The position numbers and the translations under genes are program-made. 64,000 nucleotides of DNA from Escherichia phage phiLLS. Every line of letters begins with the position of its first letter. Position 1 is the first letter of the stretch. The notes beneath the pieces were generated by a model. The model worked only from the letters and a program-made list of their open reading frames with translations, made no database searches and was not told the origin of the DNA. Below are positions 25,090-34,630 of the stretch, in pieces. Location: the sequence record NC_047822.1; one strand, written 5' to 3'.

Positions 25090-25250
25090 TGGAGAGTAAA
25101 CTAGCATTAGTAGCAATAATGGTAGTTTTCCAAGCGATATTTTTGGGACTTATTCACAATAAAGTTTCTAAACTAGAAAACTCAGCAAAAGAACTGAAAG
25201 TAGAAATGTGTAAACTAGTTCCAAACAATGAAAAATGTAAGGACATTTAA
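25089..25250 (+). CDS. small membrane protein (53 aa)
   Basis: Not in ORF track; TAATG overlaps at both ends. Confidence 0.35.
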   Translation: MESKLALVAIMVVFQAIFLGLIHNKVSKLENSAKELKVEMCKLVPNNEKCKDI

Positions 25251-25531
25251 TGTTGATTGAAATTCTCATTGGATTGCTAGTGCTTATGACACTAGTAGCT
25301 ATAGGTGGGATTATTGGTATTGTAAGCATGCGAAAAAATATAGAGAGTATGCTTACTACTAATAGTGGACTTCACTGCCGCTTAATAGAACAAGAACAAG
25401 ATATTGAACTAGCGCAAAGACGCTCAGATATTCTAAAAGAAAAACTAAATAATATTGAAGCAATAGCTGGGAATACAAAATTACCTAATAAAGTAATGCG
25501 TGCACAGATAATTACGGAGATTAAAAAATGA
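25250..25531 (+). CDS. membrane protein (93 aa)
   Basis: N-terminal TM; overlapped starts. Confidence 0.45.
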   Translation: MLIEILIGLLVLMTLVAIGGIIGIVSMRKNIESMLTTNSGLHCRLIEQEQDIELAQRRSDILKEKLNNIEAIAGNTKLPNKVMRAQIITEIKK

Positions 25532-25773
25532 TGATGTTTATTCTAGCGTTTTATTTGATTGTGGTTGGTGTACTGGTTACCAAGTACCACACATGGACGC
25601 CAAAGAATGTTGTTAAGGTAGCTTTATTTGTTATTCCAGTTCCACTTATTATCTTTTCTATGTTACTGGTGATGTTAGTTGGTAAAGTAACAAAAACCGA
25701 TATTAAACGTATTGCTGATGAATTACAACAGTCTTGTGATATGGTAGAGGACATTCTTAAAGATGAAGCTTAA
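25528..25773 (+). CDS. membrane protein (81 aa)
   Basis: Two TM helices; ATGA overlap. Confidence 0.45.
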   Translation: MMMFILAFYLIVVGVLVTKYHTWTPKNVVKVALFVIPVPLIIFSMLLVMLVGKVTKTDIKRIADELQQSCDMVEDILKDEA

Positions 25774-26089
25774 TTTTAACGAATTAAATACCTTACATGA
25801 GATATTACAGTTTGTGAATAATAATATTAGTATTCCAGATGATACACTAGAAGTTCTCATGTTAATCGAGAAAAAGGTAGGAATTGAGATTGAGGACTCC
25901 TGGAAACCACTTTCTGTATTAACACCTCTTAATATGAAAGTGATAGTTAAAAATATCGATACTGGTGAAGAATGTAAGATGATTCGTAAAGAGCTAGCTG
26001 ATAGCTATTCACCAAAGTCTGTAGTAATGTATCGTGATGACACACCTAAGGTTCTACAGACAGCTAATTACGTATGGCGTCTCCCATGA
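25763..26089 (+). CDS. hypothetical protein (108 aa)
   Basis: Overlaps neighbours. Confidence 0.45.
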   Translation: MKLNFNELNTLHEILQFVNNNISIPDDTLEVLMLIEKKVGIEIEDSWKPLSVLTPLNMKVIVKNIDTGEECKMIRKELADSYSPKSVVMYRDDTPKVLQTANYVWRLP

Positions 26090-26188
26090 TTGATTTAGTA
26101 CCAATTACTGCGGGGCTAATAGCACTATTAGTGCTCGCAGTTTTCATTATTGTGGAGCAGGCCAAAGTAATAAGGAGACTTAAAAACA

Positions 26189-26389
26189 ATGATAAAACGT
26201 CTTGTTTATCGGGCACCAAAGATTGTAACTGAGTATTTTGTATTACTGCCCCAGATTGTATTTCTAACAGCATTATTTAATATACTTTTTCGACATCTAG
26301 GAATAACGGAAAATATCTTCTACACTTCTGAACTACTTCCTTTTATGTATGAAGGCATCATCGTGGCAATTAACGGAGTTCGTAAATGA
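26189..26389 (+). CDS. membrane protein (66 aa)
   Basis: RBS AAGGAGA upstream. Confidence 0.4.
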   Translation: MIKRLVYRAPKIVTEYFVLLPQIVFLTALFNILFRHLGITENIFYTSELLPFMYEGIIVAINGVRK

Positions 26390-26847
26390 CAGCACTACAA
26401 CAACTACAGAATTACTGGTTTGATAACCAATTTAACGATCTCTTCATCCAGTTATTTGTCGAAACGAACGGACGCTTCAACTACCGATTCTTTAATAAGT
26501 TTCACGAAACAAAATTCTCGCATACAGAAATTAATGCAGCGATCCAAGACCTAACTGGTTCTAAAGTAGTTCAATATCGTGAAGTAGACTTTACACCAGA
26601 TTGTTTTGGATTTAAATTGTTTAAGAAAGCATATAAATTTGGTAAGTTTGAAGATGCTCGTCAATGGGTTCACGATTTTTGGTATAACACCGATATTGTT
26701 CCTAGTCGTGTACTGATTTTTAACTGGATTGCTAAACAACATCCGCCTAAAGCTCAATCATCCTTCTTACCAACTGACACAGGAAACCTCTACCATGACA
26801 GAAAAGAAAAATCCATTATTGGAGCAGATGAAGGAGTGGGAGAGTAA
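26386..26847 (+). CDS. hypothetical protein (153 aa)
   Basis: ATGA overlap with upstream. Confidence 0.5.
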   Translation: MTALQQLQNYWFDNQFNDLFIQLFVETNGRFNYRFFNKFHETKFSHTEINAAIQDLTGSKVVQYREVDFTPDCFGFKLFKKAYKFGKFEDARQWVHDFWYNTDIVPSRVLIFNWIAKQHPPKAQSSFLPTDTGNLYHDRKEKSIIGADEGVGE

Positions 26848-27166
26848 TATTGAATCTGGTCTAGTAGACGGAGAAGATATTGTTAACTCCATGCTAGAAG
26901 TAACAGTAGATAATATTAATCCTATTTTGGCCAAAGAAACCTCCGATCTTATAGGACTCTCTAGCACATTTGATTCTTTGGCTAAATTAGCTTTAGACGA
27001 TGAAGAGATAACCAAAGAAGATCTCGCTACAGCTATGAATATGGCTATTAACGCTTACATTGGTAAACGTACCGATGAACTTGGTAAACAGATCAATAAG
27101 CGTGATACTACGCTAGGTCTTATGGAAACGGCCACTATGTTACGAAGTGGTAAACAACTTCACTAA
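26795..27166 (+). CDS. hypothetical protein
   Basis: Start uncertain (26729, 26795 or 26828); terminator follows. Confidence 0.35.
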   Translation: MTEKKNPLLEQMKEWESNIESGLVDGEDIVNSMLEVTVDNINPILAKETSDLIGLSSTFDSLAKLALDDEEITKEDLATAMNMAINAYIGKRTDELGKQINKRDTTLGLMETATMLRSGKQLH

Positions 27167-27172
27167 TTCTAG

Positions 27173-27208
27173 AGGCCAGGACTTAATTGTTCTGGCCTTT
27201 TATGTTTT
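27173..27208 (+). terminator. Rho-independent terminator
   Basis: GGCCAGGA...TTCTGGCC hairpin then TTTTATGTTTT. Confidence 0.6.
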
Positions 27209-27221
27209 CAAGGAACTTCAA

Positions 27222-27425
27222 ATGCAAGTATATGTCCTTACCAGAGATATAAATGAGTATAATCAGGATGGTGAGTATTTTGTAAAAGTATTCGCTGAAA
27301 AGCCAAGTAAACAACAATTATTAGATGCTGGAGTACCGGAAGACCAAGCTAAGTGTTTACTACAAGATAAAGAGTTTACTGGAGATGCTTACGAATGTTT
27401 CTACCTTAACTGTGAGACTATTTAA
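27222..27425 (+). CDS. hypothetical protein (about 67 aa)
   Basis: Start moved downstream of terminator to ATG after AAGGAAC. Confidence 0.4.
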   Translation: MQVYVLTRDINEYNQDGEYFVKVFAEKPSKQQLLDAGVPEDQAKCLLQDKEFTGDAYECFYLNCETI

Positions 27426-27426
27426 T

Positions 27427-27873
27427 ATGAGAGAGAAAGTAAATGAATTATTAATCGAGGAAGCTAACAACTTTCCAATAAATAGGTTCATTAAATCGGA
27501 TGGTTCTATTAATAGAACTAGGATTAAGCAGCTACATCCCGACTTCCAGCAAGAAGCACTAAACCTTATATTTATCAAGAAAGCCGTTGCAGCTCACGGG
27601 GCTTTCTTCGGATATGAGCGTGTAAATTATAAAACAATGCAGCAGCAAGTCGAGATTTATTGTCCAGATCATGATGGTTATTACTGGCAGACTGCTAGAT
27701 CTCATTTAGAAGGGCATGGTTGTCGACTGTGTGCACACAAAGTTGTGCAGCGTGTCACGGATTATGGAACTTATACCGTACCAGCATGTTACCATAAATT
27801 TGTAATTGACGATAATCATATAGTTTGGTATAATAAGTTTTCAAAGCTAAGAATGGAGATAAGTAGTGAGTAG
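27427..27873 (+). CDS. hypothetical Cys/His-containing protein (about 148 aa)
   Basis: Start at MREKV; CPDHDG...HGCRLCAH. Confidence 0.45.
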   Translation: MREKVNELLIEEANNFPINRFIKSDGSINRTRIKQLHPDFQQEALNLIFIKKAVAAHGAFFGYERVNYKTMQQQVEIYCPDHDGYYWQTARSHLEGHGCRLCAHKVVQRVTDYGTYTVPACYHKFVIDDNHIVWYNKFSKLRMEISSE

Positions 27874-28156
27874 CTATATTGTATGGTCAAATCCACTAGC
27901 AGCACTTAGTAACAAACTATTTAAAACAACATGGGGGTATAATGAGATAGACTTAGGTAGTCGTCCAATACCAAACAAACACCCTTTAGTTCCAGAGCTG
28001 TATAGGGTAGTGATAAATGGCACAGAATATTTGGTTGATAAATTTGACAGAAAACGTTTACTAGAGGGTATCTACGATAATTCTACATCGATAAATGAAT
28101 TAGTAGAACATGCCCAAATATATGATAAAAGCTGGATGTTAATATGGAGATCATAG
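27866..28156 (+). CDS. hypothetical protein (96 aa)
   Basis: Overlapped start. Confidence 0.45.
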   Translation: MSSYIVWSNPLAALSNKLFKTTWGYNEIDLGSRPIPNKHPLVPELYRVVINGTEYLVDKFDRKRLLEGIYDNSTSINELVEHAQIYDKSWMLIWRS

Positions 28157-28377
28157 TAATTATTTTAGCAGTTATGTTATTTATTGTAACATTTGTATCA
28201 TTTGCTATTATGCGTAGAGCTAGAGAACTAGCAGAAGATCTAATAAAATTACGTGGTGAGTTAGCTGCTCTTAAATTACAACGTGAGGCTTTAAAGTTGT
28301 TTGTGGTTCAGGGTAGCGTAGAACATACAACAGAAGACTTCATCACGTACCTCAAACGTTACATGGGAATTAAATAA
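28144..28377 (+). CDS. membrane protein (77 aa)
   Basis: N-terminal TM. Confidence 0.4.
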   Translation: MEIIVIILAVMLFIVTFVSFAIMRRARELAEDLIKLRGELAALKLQREALKLFVVQGSVEHTTEDFITYLKRYMGIK

Positions 28378-28562
28378 TGGAAACTCTTTTTCTTTTAATG
28401 CTCGTAGGTTCCCTGCTAGTTATACTAGCACTTCTACTAATCTGTAATATTCTTAATAATAAGAATTTAGAGTTAAAGTGTGAGAACCAAATCCTTAATC
28501 GTGAACTTAAACAATATAACATAGCAGCGCACAAGCTACTAGACAAACTGGAGAATAAGTAA
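28377..28562 (+). CDS. membrane protein (61 aa)
   Basis: N-terminal TM; TAATG overlaps. Confidence 0.4.
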   Translation: METLFLLMLVGSLLVILALLLICNILNNKNLELKCENQILNRELKQYNIAAHKLLDKLENK

Positions 28563-29122
28563 TGACCTTATATGCACAACAATCTATTCAAGTAGTACCG
28601 GATCATGAACTGAACACATGGGATTATAGCTTTAAAGATTTAACTGCTACTGTACAATTCAAATCTATGAAGCTAACATTTGCACACACTGACCTTAGAG
28701 CCTGTAAAGATCTTGAAGGTAAGCTCGAAGATGCTCGTAAGATTTTTGGCACGGCTCGCATCCCAGCTGATAACCTGATTAATGCACTGATCGATGCTGG
28801 GTACAAACTCGTGAAGACCGAGGTGAACCGCCCTAGTACTCCAGTGACTATTAGAGATCCGTGGCAGTCAGGGACAATCTCAATGCTGAATAACTCCGAT
28901 AAAAGATTAATGTCGGATATGCACAATGTTCCATGTGGTGGTGTGGTAAGTAGTACGCAGTCATATAAGTTTGGGGAAGATTATGGGCCTTCTATACAGT
29001 TGAAACATACTCAAGAAGCTCTTGAGTCTGACATGAAAAGCGTAGCACCTGCGGATGCTGGAGTTTTTAATAAGTCTGTTTATACTATTCCTATGAACAA
29101 TCCTGTAAGAGTGGAAGTCTAG
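28562..29122 (+). CDS. hypothetical protein (186 aa)
   Basis: Overlapped start. Confidence 0.5.
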   Translation: MTLYAQQSIQVVPDHELNTWDYSFKDLTATVQFKSMKLTFAHTDLRACKDLEGKLEDARKIFGTARIPADNLINALIDAGYKLVKTEVNRPSTPVTIRDPWQSGTISMLNNSDKRLMSDMHNVPCGGVVSSTQSYKFGEDYGPSIQLKHTQEALESDMKSVAPADAGVFNKSVYTIPMNNPVRVEV

Positions 29123-29258
29123 AAGATGCAATTATGGAAGCACTAGGAGCTGTTATTAATGAGAATAAAAAGGATTAATAATTCCTAATACATGAGCCTC
29201 TACGGAGGCTCTAAAATAAAAAGAAGGTCATCCAGACCTTAAAAATGAGAGATAAATA

Positions 29259-30143
29259 ATGTATAACTTTAAAGATAAACTAAGACAAAATGCTGGTAAA
29301 ACAAAACCTAAAGAGAACAATAATGTTCCTAATGCCAAAGTATTATCATTTCCAGAACTGTCTCAAGAAGAAAAAGATAAGTTAGCATTTATGTTTGATG
29401 CCCTTCTAGAGCTAAATGGACGTTTATATTCCTCACTCAATATTAATGAGAAACGTTTAGTAGAGATGTTTTGTAAGCGTTATCAAGTTACTTCAAAGGG
29501 CAATTCTTATAAAGAAGGTGAGAAAGCATTCACAGTCTTAAAGATTAGCGCATATGCACATCGTTTCTTAGTTTATGGGTTACAGATGGAATACTTCACC
29601 ATCCCATCATTTAGCTCTTTCCATATCTTTGAAGATGAACGAATGAATATTGATGATCTCTATGGGGATACATACAAATACTCAGGAAGTCCATTCCATG
29701 ATGCATTAAGGAGTTACCCAACTAACTATTTACCAGTTAGGGCATCACAAGGTAAAGCTAGCATCTTCGCTGTTTACTCAGGATCTAAAGCATCGGATCT
29801 AGAAACTTATATATTTAAAGAGCGTAAATCTGTGCTTCCAGATGAAGCATTGTATAACAATCCATTGCTTCCAGAAAAAGAACCAGAAAAAGTTGATGTA
29901 ACCCCACCAATCCCATCTGATTCTCAGTATTTAATTTATGAGAAACAAGTTAAGTTATCCCTAGAAATTGGGTTAGTTACACCGCTTGCTGCAGCGTTCA
30001 TAAATAGATACCTAGAAATCCCAGAAGAGTTCCACCAACGTTATAGTACGAATGTTCAGATAACGGATGAACTAATTGCGTTAGCAAAAGATACACCTAC
30101 AGATACTGAGGCGTATCAAAAAGCATACCAAGAGTTACTGTAA
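29259..30143 (+). CDS. hypothetical protein (294 aa); last early gene before the repeat region
   Basis: RBS GAGAGATAAATA; followed by hairpin at 30150-30186. Confidence 0.55.
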   Translation: MYNFKDKLRQNAGKTKPKENNNVPNAKVLSFPELSQEEKDKLAFMFDALLELNGRLYSSLNINEKRLVEMFCKRYQVTSKGNSYKEGEKAFTVLKISAYAHRFLVYGLQMEYFTIPSFSSFHIFEDERMNIDDLYGDTYKYSGSPFHDALRSYPTNYLPVRASQGKASIFAVYSGSKASDLETYIFKERKSVLPDEALYNNPLLPEKEPEKVDVTPPIPSDSQYLIYEKQVKLSLEIGLVTPLAAAFINRYLEIPEEFHQRYSTNVQITDELIALAKDTPTDTEAYQKAYQELL

Positions 30144-30576
30144 GATCCTGCATGTCTCGGTGCACAATACCTGTACCGAGACAGAAATACAAACTCTCGT
30201 TGACAGATAGCTAAATGTATGTTATCATAACTCTATGAGTTAATAGAATTAACCATTTAGAGTTGCCACACAGAAGGTGTGGTGGTTCAGTAATTTAAAA
30301 TTACTAACTTGTAGCGGAGGATACGGAGCGACAGGACAAGTTAATAAGTAATTTAATATAAATTGCTAGAAACATCACGAGACCTTCTGGCGGGGGCAAA
30401 GCTCTATATGAGAACCCTGGGGGATCTTATATTTAAAATAAAAGTAAAACTTTTGACCACATAATTTACATTCAAGATGATACACCTGTTGCCGCTCTTC
30501 TGTTAGGATGGCACAACACTTTCCTAGAAACTCCAGAGTTCTCACGAGATACCACTCTTTCTAGGAACATATACTA

Positions 30577-30614
30577 GGCGGTTAATACAGGGCGGTTATA
30601 GGGAGGGCGGTTAT
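30577..30614. repeat. three direct copies of GGCGGTTA
   Basis: Read directly at 30578, 30591 and 30606. Confidence 0.6.
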
Positions 30615-30656
30615 TTCTAGAAGACATTTTTTGAAAACACATTTCCAGAAATTACT

Positions 30657-31256
30657 GTCGGATTTGCACACTGATATTCTAGAAATTTATGGTAGGATTT
30701 GCACAAATGCCTAAGTTTTTAGGAACTCTTACTCTCCTGAAAATAGCAGCATTATTTCGGGCCGAAGGCCCATGATTGCCTGAGTTTTTAGAGCCACAGA
30801 AATTTTCACTTGTCAAGCTATTTTGCCCCATTTTGCTAATAAAATTTCGCTTTTTCTGCACCTATCTCAAATTAACCCAAGTTATCTCACATCTCCTCCA
30901 AAATCCCCGCGGATCAGGTGCTCCGCACCAAACATGCGCTACATCCTTCTAGCCCCCAAATTTCTCTCACTCTCTCATCTTCTCCTCAAACCCACACAAT
31001 CACACACCCTCCAATCGAAGTCACAAAAATCTTGTCGGATTCGCACATCTTAATCCTAGAAAAACCGTGTCGGATTTGCACATACTCCACAGGATTGATG
31101 CGCAGCATCGGATTGCTGGAGTTTTTGGAAAAATTCATTGTCGGATTTGCACACTATAAAAATTTTTCGGGTCGGATTTGCACACTACCAAAAATTGTCG
31201 GATTTGCACATACGTGCCCGCACGTAACACCCGTGGAGCAATGTCGGATTTGCACA
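30657..31256. repeat. iteron array: 8 copies of 14-bp GTCGGATTTGCACA (two with 1 mismatch)
   Basis: Copies at 30657, 30692, 31034, 31069, 31140, 31171, 31197, 31243; non-coding. Confidence 0.8.
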
Positions 31257-31259
31257 AAA

Positions 31260-31281
31260 GCGCAGGGCAATTGCCCTGCGC
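31260..31281. repeat. perfect 22-bp palindrome GCGCAGGGCAATTGCCCTGCGC
   Basis: Read directly; sits between the two repeat families. Confidence 0.8.
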
Positions 31282-31284
31282 TAA

Positions 31285-31500
31285 ATACGAATGATAATAA
31301 GAATCATTCTCATTTAAAAAGCGGAATGAGAATGATAATAATTCGCATTTAGAAAGTGAAATGAGAATCAATCTCATTTAAGAAAGGGAATGAGAACTAT
31401 TCAAAAAGTGAAATGATTCTCATTTAGGAAAGGAAATGATTATCGGTTAGATAGTGGAATGCGAATGATAATGATTTGCATTTAAGAATGGAAGTGAGAA
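31285..31500. repeat. array of about 9 AATGAGAAT-type motifs, several as inverted pairs
   Basis: GGAATGAGAATGATAAT, GAAATGAGAATCAATCTCATTT, GGAATGAGAAC, GAAATGATTCTCATTT and others. Confidence 0.7.
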
Positions 31501-31520
31501 ACACTGTTATTTAAGTTATC

Positions 31521-31623
31521 CACAGACTTATCAACAGCACGATTTGACTTGACAGAATCCTAGCCATTTTGAAGCGTTATTAACAGACTTATCCACAGCT
31601 TATCCTACTGTATAAATATACAG
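31521..31623. repeat. left inverted repeat with DnaA-box-like TTATCCACA motifs
   Basis: ACAGACTTATCCACAGCTTATCCTACTGTATAAATATACAG (31583-31623) matches the RC of 34631-34671 with 1 mismatch; outer arms match imperfectly. Confidence 0.75.
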
Positions 31624-31744
31624 TATTCCTACGTAGTGAATAATTCTAATATACCGCTAAAACGTCCTGAATCGCATTCTAACGCGTTTAATTTTGGTGG
31701 GGATACTAAAACAAGGGGGTATTTAACTGGAGGCATGGAAAAAC

Positions 31745-31775
31745 GGGGAGCTAATCCCCGTCGTTCTCAGAGTAG
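31745..31775 (-). terminator. Rho-independent terminator ending the minus-strand 7-gene operon
   Basis: On minus strand ACGGGGATTAGCTCCCCGT hairpin followed by TTTTT. Confidence 0.55.
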
Positions 31776-31876
31776 CGGGCAACCGTTACGCTTTGCCCAC
31801 TCCCGCCACTCATCTTGATGTCTAGATTTGCGACGGCGTACTAAAAACCGCTTATACCAGTGATTAAACCATCGTT

Positions 31877-32080
31877 TCATAAACCATCCTCCGGTAATTG
31901 ATGCGTGATCTTTTCCTCTTCCCCATAGGAATCGACCAAATGCTGATAATAACCATCGTGATCATAAATCACTTTATCATACTCGCCACGCTCGACCGCT
32001 TGCCGGTTTTCTGGCGTATCGGGCACGTAAAAAACGTCAACCATTGTACTGATTTTGGTTACAACAATTTTATTGCTCAT
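31877..32080 (-). CDS. hypothetical acidic protein (67 aa), last gene of the island operon
   Basis: RBS GGGGG; codirectional with six upstream genes. Confidence 0.45.
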   Translation of the reverse strand: MSNKIVVTKISTMVDVFYVPDTPENRQAVERGEYDKVIYDHDGYYQHLVDSYGEEEKITHQLPEDGL

Positions 32081-32098
32081 AATAACCCCCGTTATTAA

Positions 32099-32257
32099 TT
32101 ATTTGCGTAAATATACGCTTGCCAATAGTCCAGCTAGAAAGCCCGCCGATACACCAAATGAAGCCACACCGGGAACACTAGCACCATGAGCATATAAAGC
32201 CCAGCAAATTACATAAGGCAACAACGGAAACATGCCAGCTATTAAAAACTTTTTCAT
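32099..32257 (-). CDS. small membrane protein (52 aa)
   Basis: Not in ORF track; MKKFLIAGMFPLLPYVICWALYAHG...; ATGA overlap with upstream stop. Confidence 0.4.
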   Translation of the reverse strand: MKKFLIAGMFPLLPYVICWALYAHGASVPGVASFGVSAGFLAGLLASVYLRK

Positions 32258-32598
32258 TGCGCCACCTTTCGAAACGCTGTTTCAATACTATCCGCAGTGG
32301 ATTGAATATACGCGCCTTTCATTACTAGGCGCTCGGTGCATATCTTGCGGAAAATATTAATAAAATCATCTTCATTTTCTGCAATTAACGCTTCACCCAT
32401 AACCTGAACGTCACAAGATGCAAAGGTCAAAAATTGAAACGCTAGTTCACGGGCAACGACCGCATTAATCTTATAATGCGCTTTGCCCTCATAAATATTA
32501 ATAACGCCCTTATAAGCTGGTGAAAGCTGGTTTAAATAGTTTGCTAACAATGCCGGGCGGCAATTAGCAACAAAGCGGTTGCCTTCATAAATAACCAT
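32254..32598 (-). CDS. hypothetical protein (114 aa)
   Basis: Start set at MVIYEG (TAAaATG junction with upstream gene); ORF track extends to 32637. Confidence 0.45.
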   Translation of the reverse strand: MVIYEGNRFVANCRPALLANYLNQLSPAYKGVINIYEGKAHYKINAVVARELAFQFLTFASCDVQVMGEALIAENEDDFINIFRKICTERLVMKGAYIQSTADSIETAFRKVAQ

Positions 32599-32599
32599 T

Positions 32600-32812
32600 T
32601 TATAACACCCCACGAAACGCAGCGTAAAAGGTGGCAAAGTGTTTAACCGTTTCAGCGATCACGTTGCCGCGCTTGTCAAATTTCTTTTCTGTAACACGAA
32701 AGGCATTCTTATTACGTGCTACATATTCGATTTTACAATCTTCACGCTCGAACGTGTTAACATCCACCAGCTTAAAGCCTTTCGAACGAGCAAGAGAAAC
32801 GTTGCGGATCAT
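32600..32812 (-). CDS. hypothetical basic protein (70 aa)
   Basis: RBS AAGGAGAATAAAA. Confidence 0.45.
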   Translation of the reverse strand: MIRNVSLARSKGFKLVDVNTFEREDCKIEYVARNKNAFRVTEKKFDKRGNVIAETVKHFATFYAAFRGVL

Positions 32813-32814
32813 TT

Positions 32815-32970
32815 TTATTCTCCTTTACTAGTCATGCAGCCCAGCAGATAAGAAAAAACGGCGATACCCGCGCCGACAATAACGGCGTGAACGTCGAAAG
32901 CTATAGCAAAAAGTGATAAAATAGCACCCAAGATACCTGCTAGAATTGACCGAAAAATAACCATTTTCAT
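32815..32970 (-). CDS. small membrane protein (51 aa)
   Basis: Not in ORF track; MKMVIFRSILAGILGAILSLFAIAF...; RBS AGGGGAATG. Confidence 0.4.
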   Translation of the reverse strand: MKMVIFRSILAGILGAILSLFAIAFDVHAVIVGAGIAVFSYLLGCMTSKGE

Positions 32971-33010
32971 TCCCCTAGTTAATGGGGCGAAAGTAACGCC
33001 CCGTTATTAA

Positions 33011-33241
33011 TTACATTAAAACAATTTTTGCAGCTTGTTTTTTAGTACAGTGTTCCGCTTTCAGGGTATCCAGCAAAAAGCCCGCTGTTTGCTGATCAAT
33101 CTTATCAGCGTTGTATAGTTCTTGGATGGTGTTATAGGTTTTAGCAATGCCGAACTCCTGCACCATTTCATGAATAACAACACGATTAGATACCCAACCT
33201 TGCGCGGTGAACAGATGACTAGCAGAAGAATAAGCAACCAT
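33011..33241 (-). CDS. hypothetical protein (76 aa)
   Basis: Start set at MVAYSS after RBS GGAGG; ORF track extends to 33298. Confidence 0.45.
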   Translation of the reverse strand: MVAYSSASHLFTAQGWVSNRVVIHEMVQEFGIAKTYNTIQELYNADKIDQQTAGFLLDTLKAEHCTKKQAAKIVLM

Positions 33242-33358
33242 TTTAAACCTCCAAATTTTTGGGAAAATTTTCAATCCACCGTTTTGGTGTAAAAGCATTA
33301 TAACAAAAAAGGCCGCCTATTATGGCGACCTTTACAAAACTTTACACTAAATTAATTA

Positions 33359-34363
33359 TTACTCGCTTTCGGTGCTAGTGGTAAAAGTAGAAATATCAAT
33401 ACCTTTCACCATTTCATCGATCATTTCAGCGATGTTAAAACTTTGCACCATTTCTAACATTGCCGCTTCCATAGCGGCCCCTGCTACCGCTTTCGCTTTC
33501 TGGTTGCTTGGGGCATACTGGTCAACCGCTACGCTCAGCAGGTTGGCAATTACTACTCGACCGATAGGCGTATCAATATAACCTTTAATCATGAACGGTG
33601 CTTTTTTAGCCGCTACTTTCGTAATTTGAGTAAGTGCAATTTTACCCGCTTCCAGTTTTGCAGCGTTTACAACAGCGGATTTATTAGCGGCAACAATGTT
33701 AGCAATCTTGGTCATAGTATTTTTTCCTTTGTTTTCAGTGATTTGAGTATTAACGCTTTGAGTGTTAGAATTTACAACATGGTTTTCTGTATTGTCAACT
33801 GGTTTTAGCGTAAATCCAGCATTTGCAACATTTGATTCATTCCCATATTCTAAATAATCGCTAGGGATCAACATGTTGCCACTAGCGCGTTCAAAACATA
33901 ACACGCCAGTTGTAGAAATTACATCACTATCAGCACTTTTGTAATTAGCTGATAGTTCACGCCAAATGCTAGTTAATAACGATCCGACACTATCAGTCCT
34001 GATATTACTTACTTTTGTTGCTGTTACTTGCTCTTTTTCTTGCACGTTATATAATCGCGCAATGTAGCCACTATTAGATTCACTATAACCAACAATGATA
34101 AAATCAATATCACTCCCACGTTGATTGCGGAAAATGTGATAATCACGGTTGAAAATTACTAGCGCCCTTTTCTGGTCTAGTAATTGTGTGAAATCTTCAA
34201 CTGAATAATGAGTATCATTACTGTCTAAAATTTCATCATGAATCTTTTCAACCATGCTAGCGGTATGTTGTACACTTGCCGCGCTACTACCATCTAGCAG
34301 GTTGCGCAAACTACCCTTTACAATAGTTGCGTTTGCTGGTACTGCAATTCTAGTAAAAGACAT
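33359..34363 (-). CDS. hypothetical protein (334 aa), first gene of the island operon
   Basis: Strong RBS GAGGGAGA; Ala/Lys-rich C-terminal half; no recognisable catalytic motif. Confidence 0.55.
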   Translation of the reverse strand: MSFTRIAVPANATIVKGSLRNLLDGSSAASVQHTASMVEKIHDEILDSNDTHYSVEDFTQLLDQKRALVIFNRDYHIFRNQRGSDIDFIIVGYSESNSGYIARLYNVQEKEQVTATKVSNIRTDSVGSLLTSIWRELSANYKSADSDVISTTGVLCFERASGNMLIPSDYLEYGNESNVANAGFTLKPVDNTENHVVNSNTQSVNTQITENKGKNTMTKIANIVAANKSAVVNAAKLEAGKIALTQITKVAAKKAPFMIKGYIDTPIGRVVIANLLSVAVDQYAPSNQKAKAVAGAAMEAAMLEMVQSFNIAEMIDEMVKGIDISTFTTSTESE

Positions 34364-34630
34364 TTTCTTGTCTCCCTCGTTAATCGGTGAGTAAATGATA
34401 AAGGTATTTTCTTTCTAGGGGCAAATATTATTTTACCTTTTTATTTTCCTTGCCTAGCGCCTAGTTTTATGCTAACCGCGCAGCGGTACAGTAAAGAGCA
34501 AAACACGGTGAAGCCGCTAGGGCGGCGCATTGAGGCTTTACTTTAATATTACCCCCACTGCATTTAGCTCGTTAGAAAGCGATTTAGGCCGCTTAAAATT
34601 GATTGCAGTTGTTAACACTACCTTTCTACC

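Noticed and set aside
30679-31377. ORFs called within the repeat arrays (30679..30861, 30823..31053, 30918..31352, 31135..31377)
   Set aside because: Open frames generated by repeat sequence; no RBS, low-complexity Pro/Ser/His translations, mutually overlapping.
30657-31500. Possible CRISPR array suggested by regularly recurring short repeats
   Set aside because: Repeats are only 14 bp (or about 9 bp), spacing is highly irregular (25-350 bp), there is no leader or cas gene, and copies are imperfect; iterons or binding sites fit better.
31636-31818. Plus-strand 60-aa ORF between left inverted repeat and island terminator
   Set aside because: Gly/Arg/Ser-rich low-complexity product, no RBS, overlaps the minus-strand terminator hairpin.
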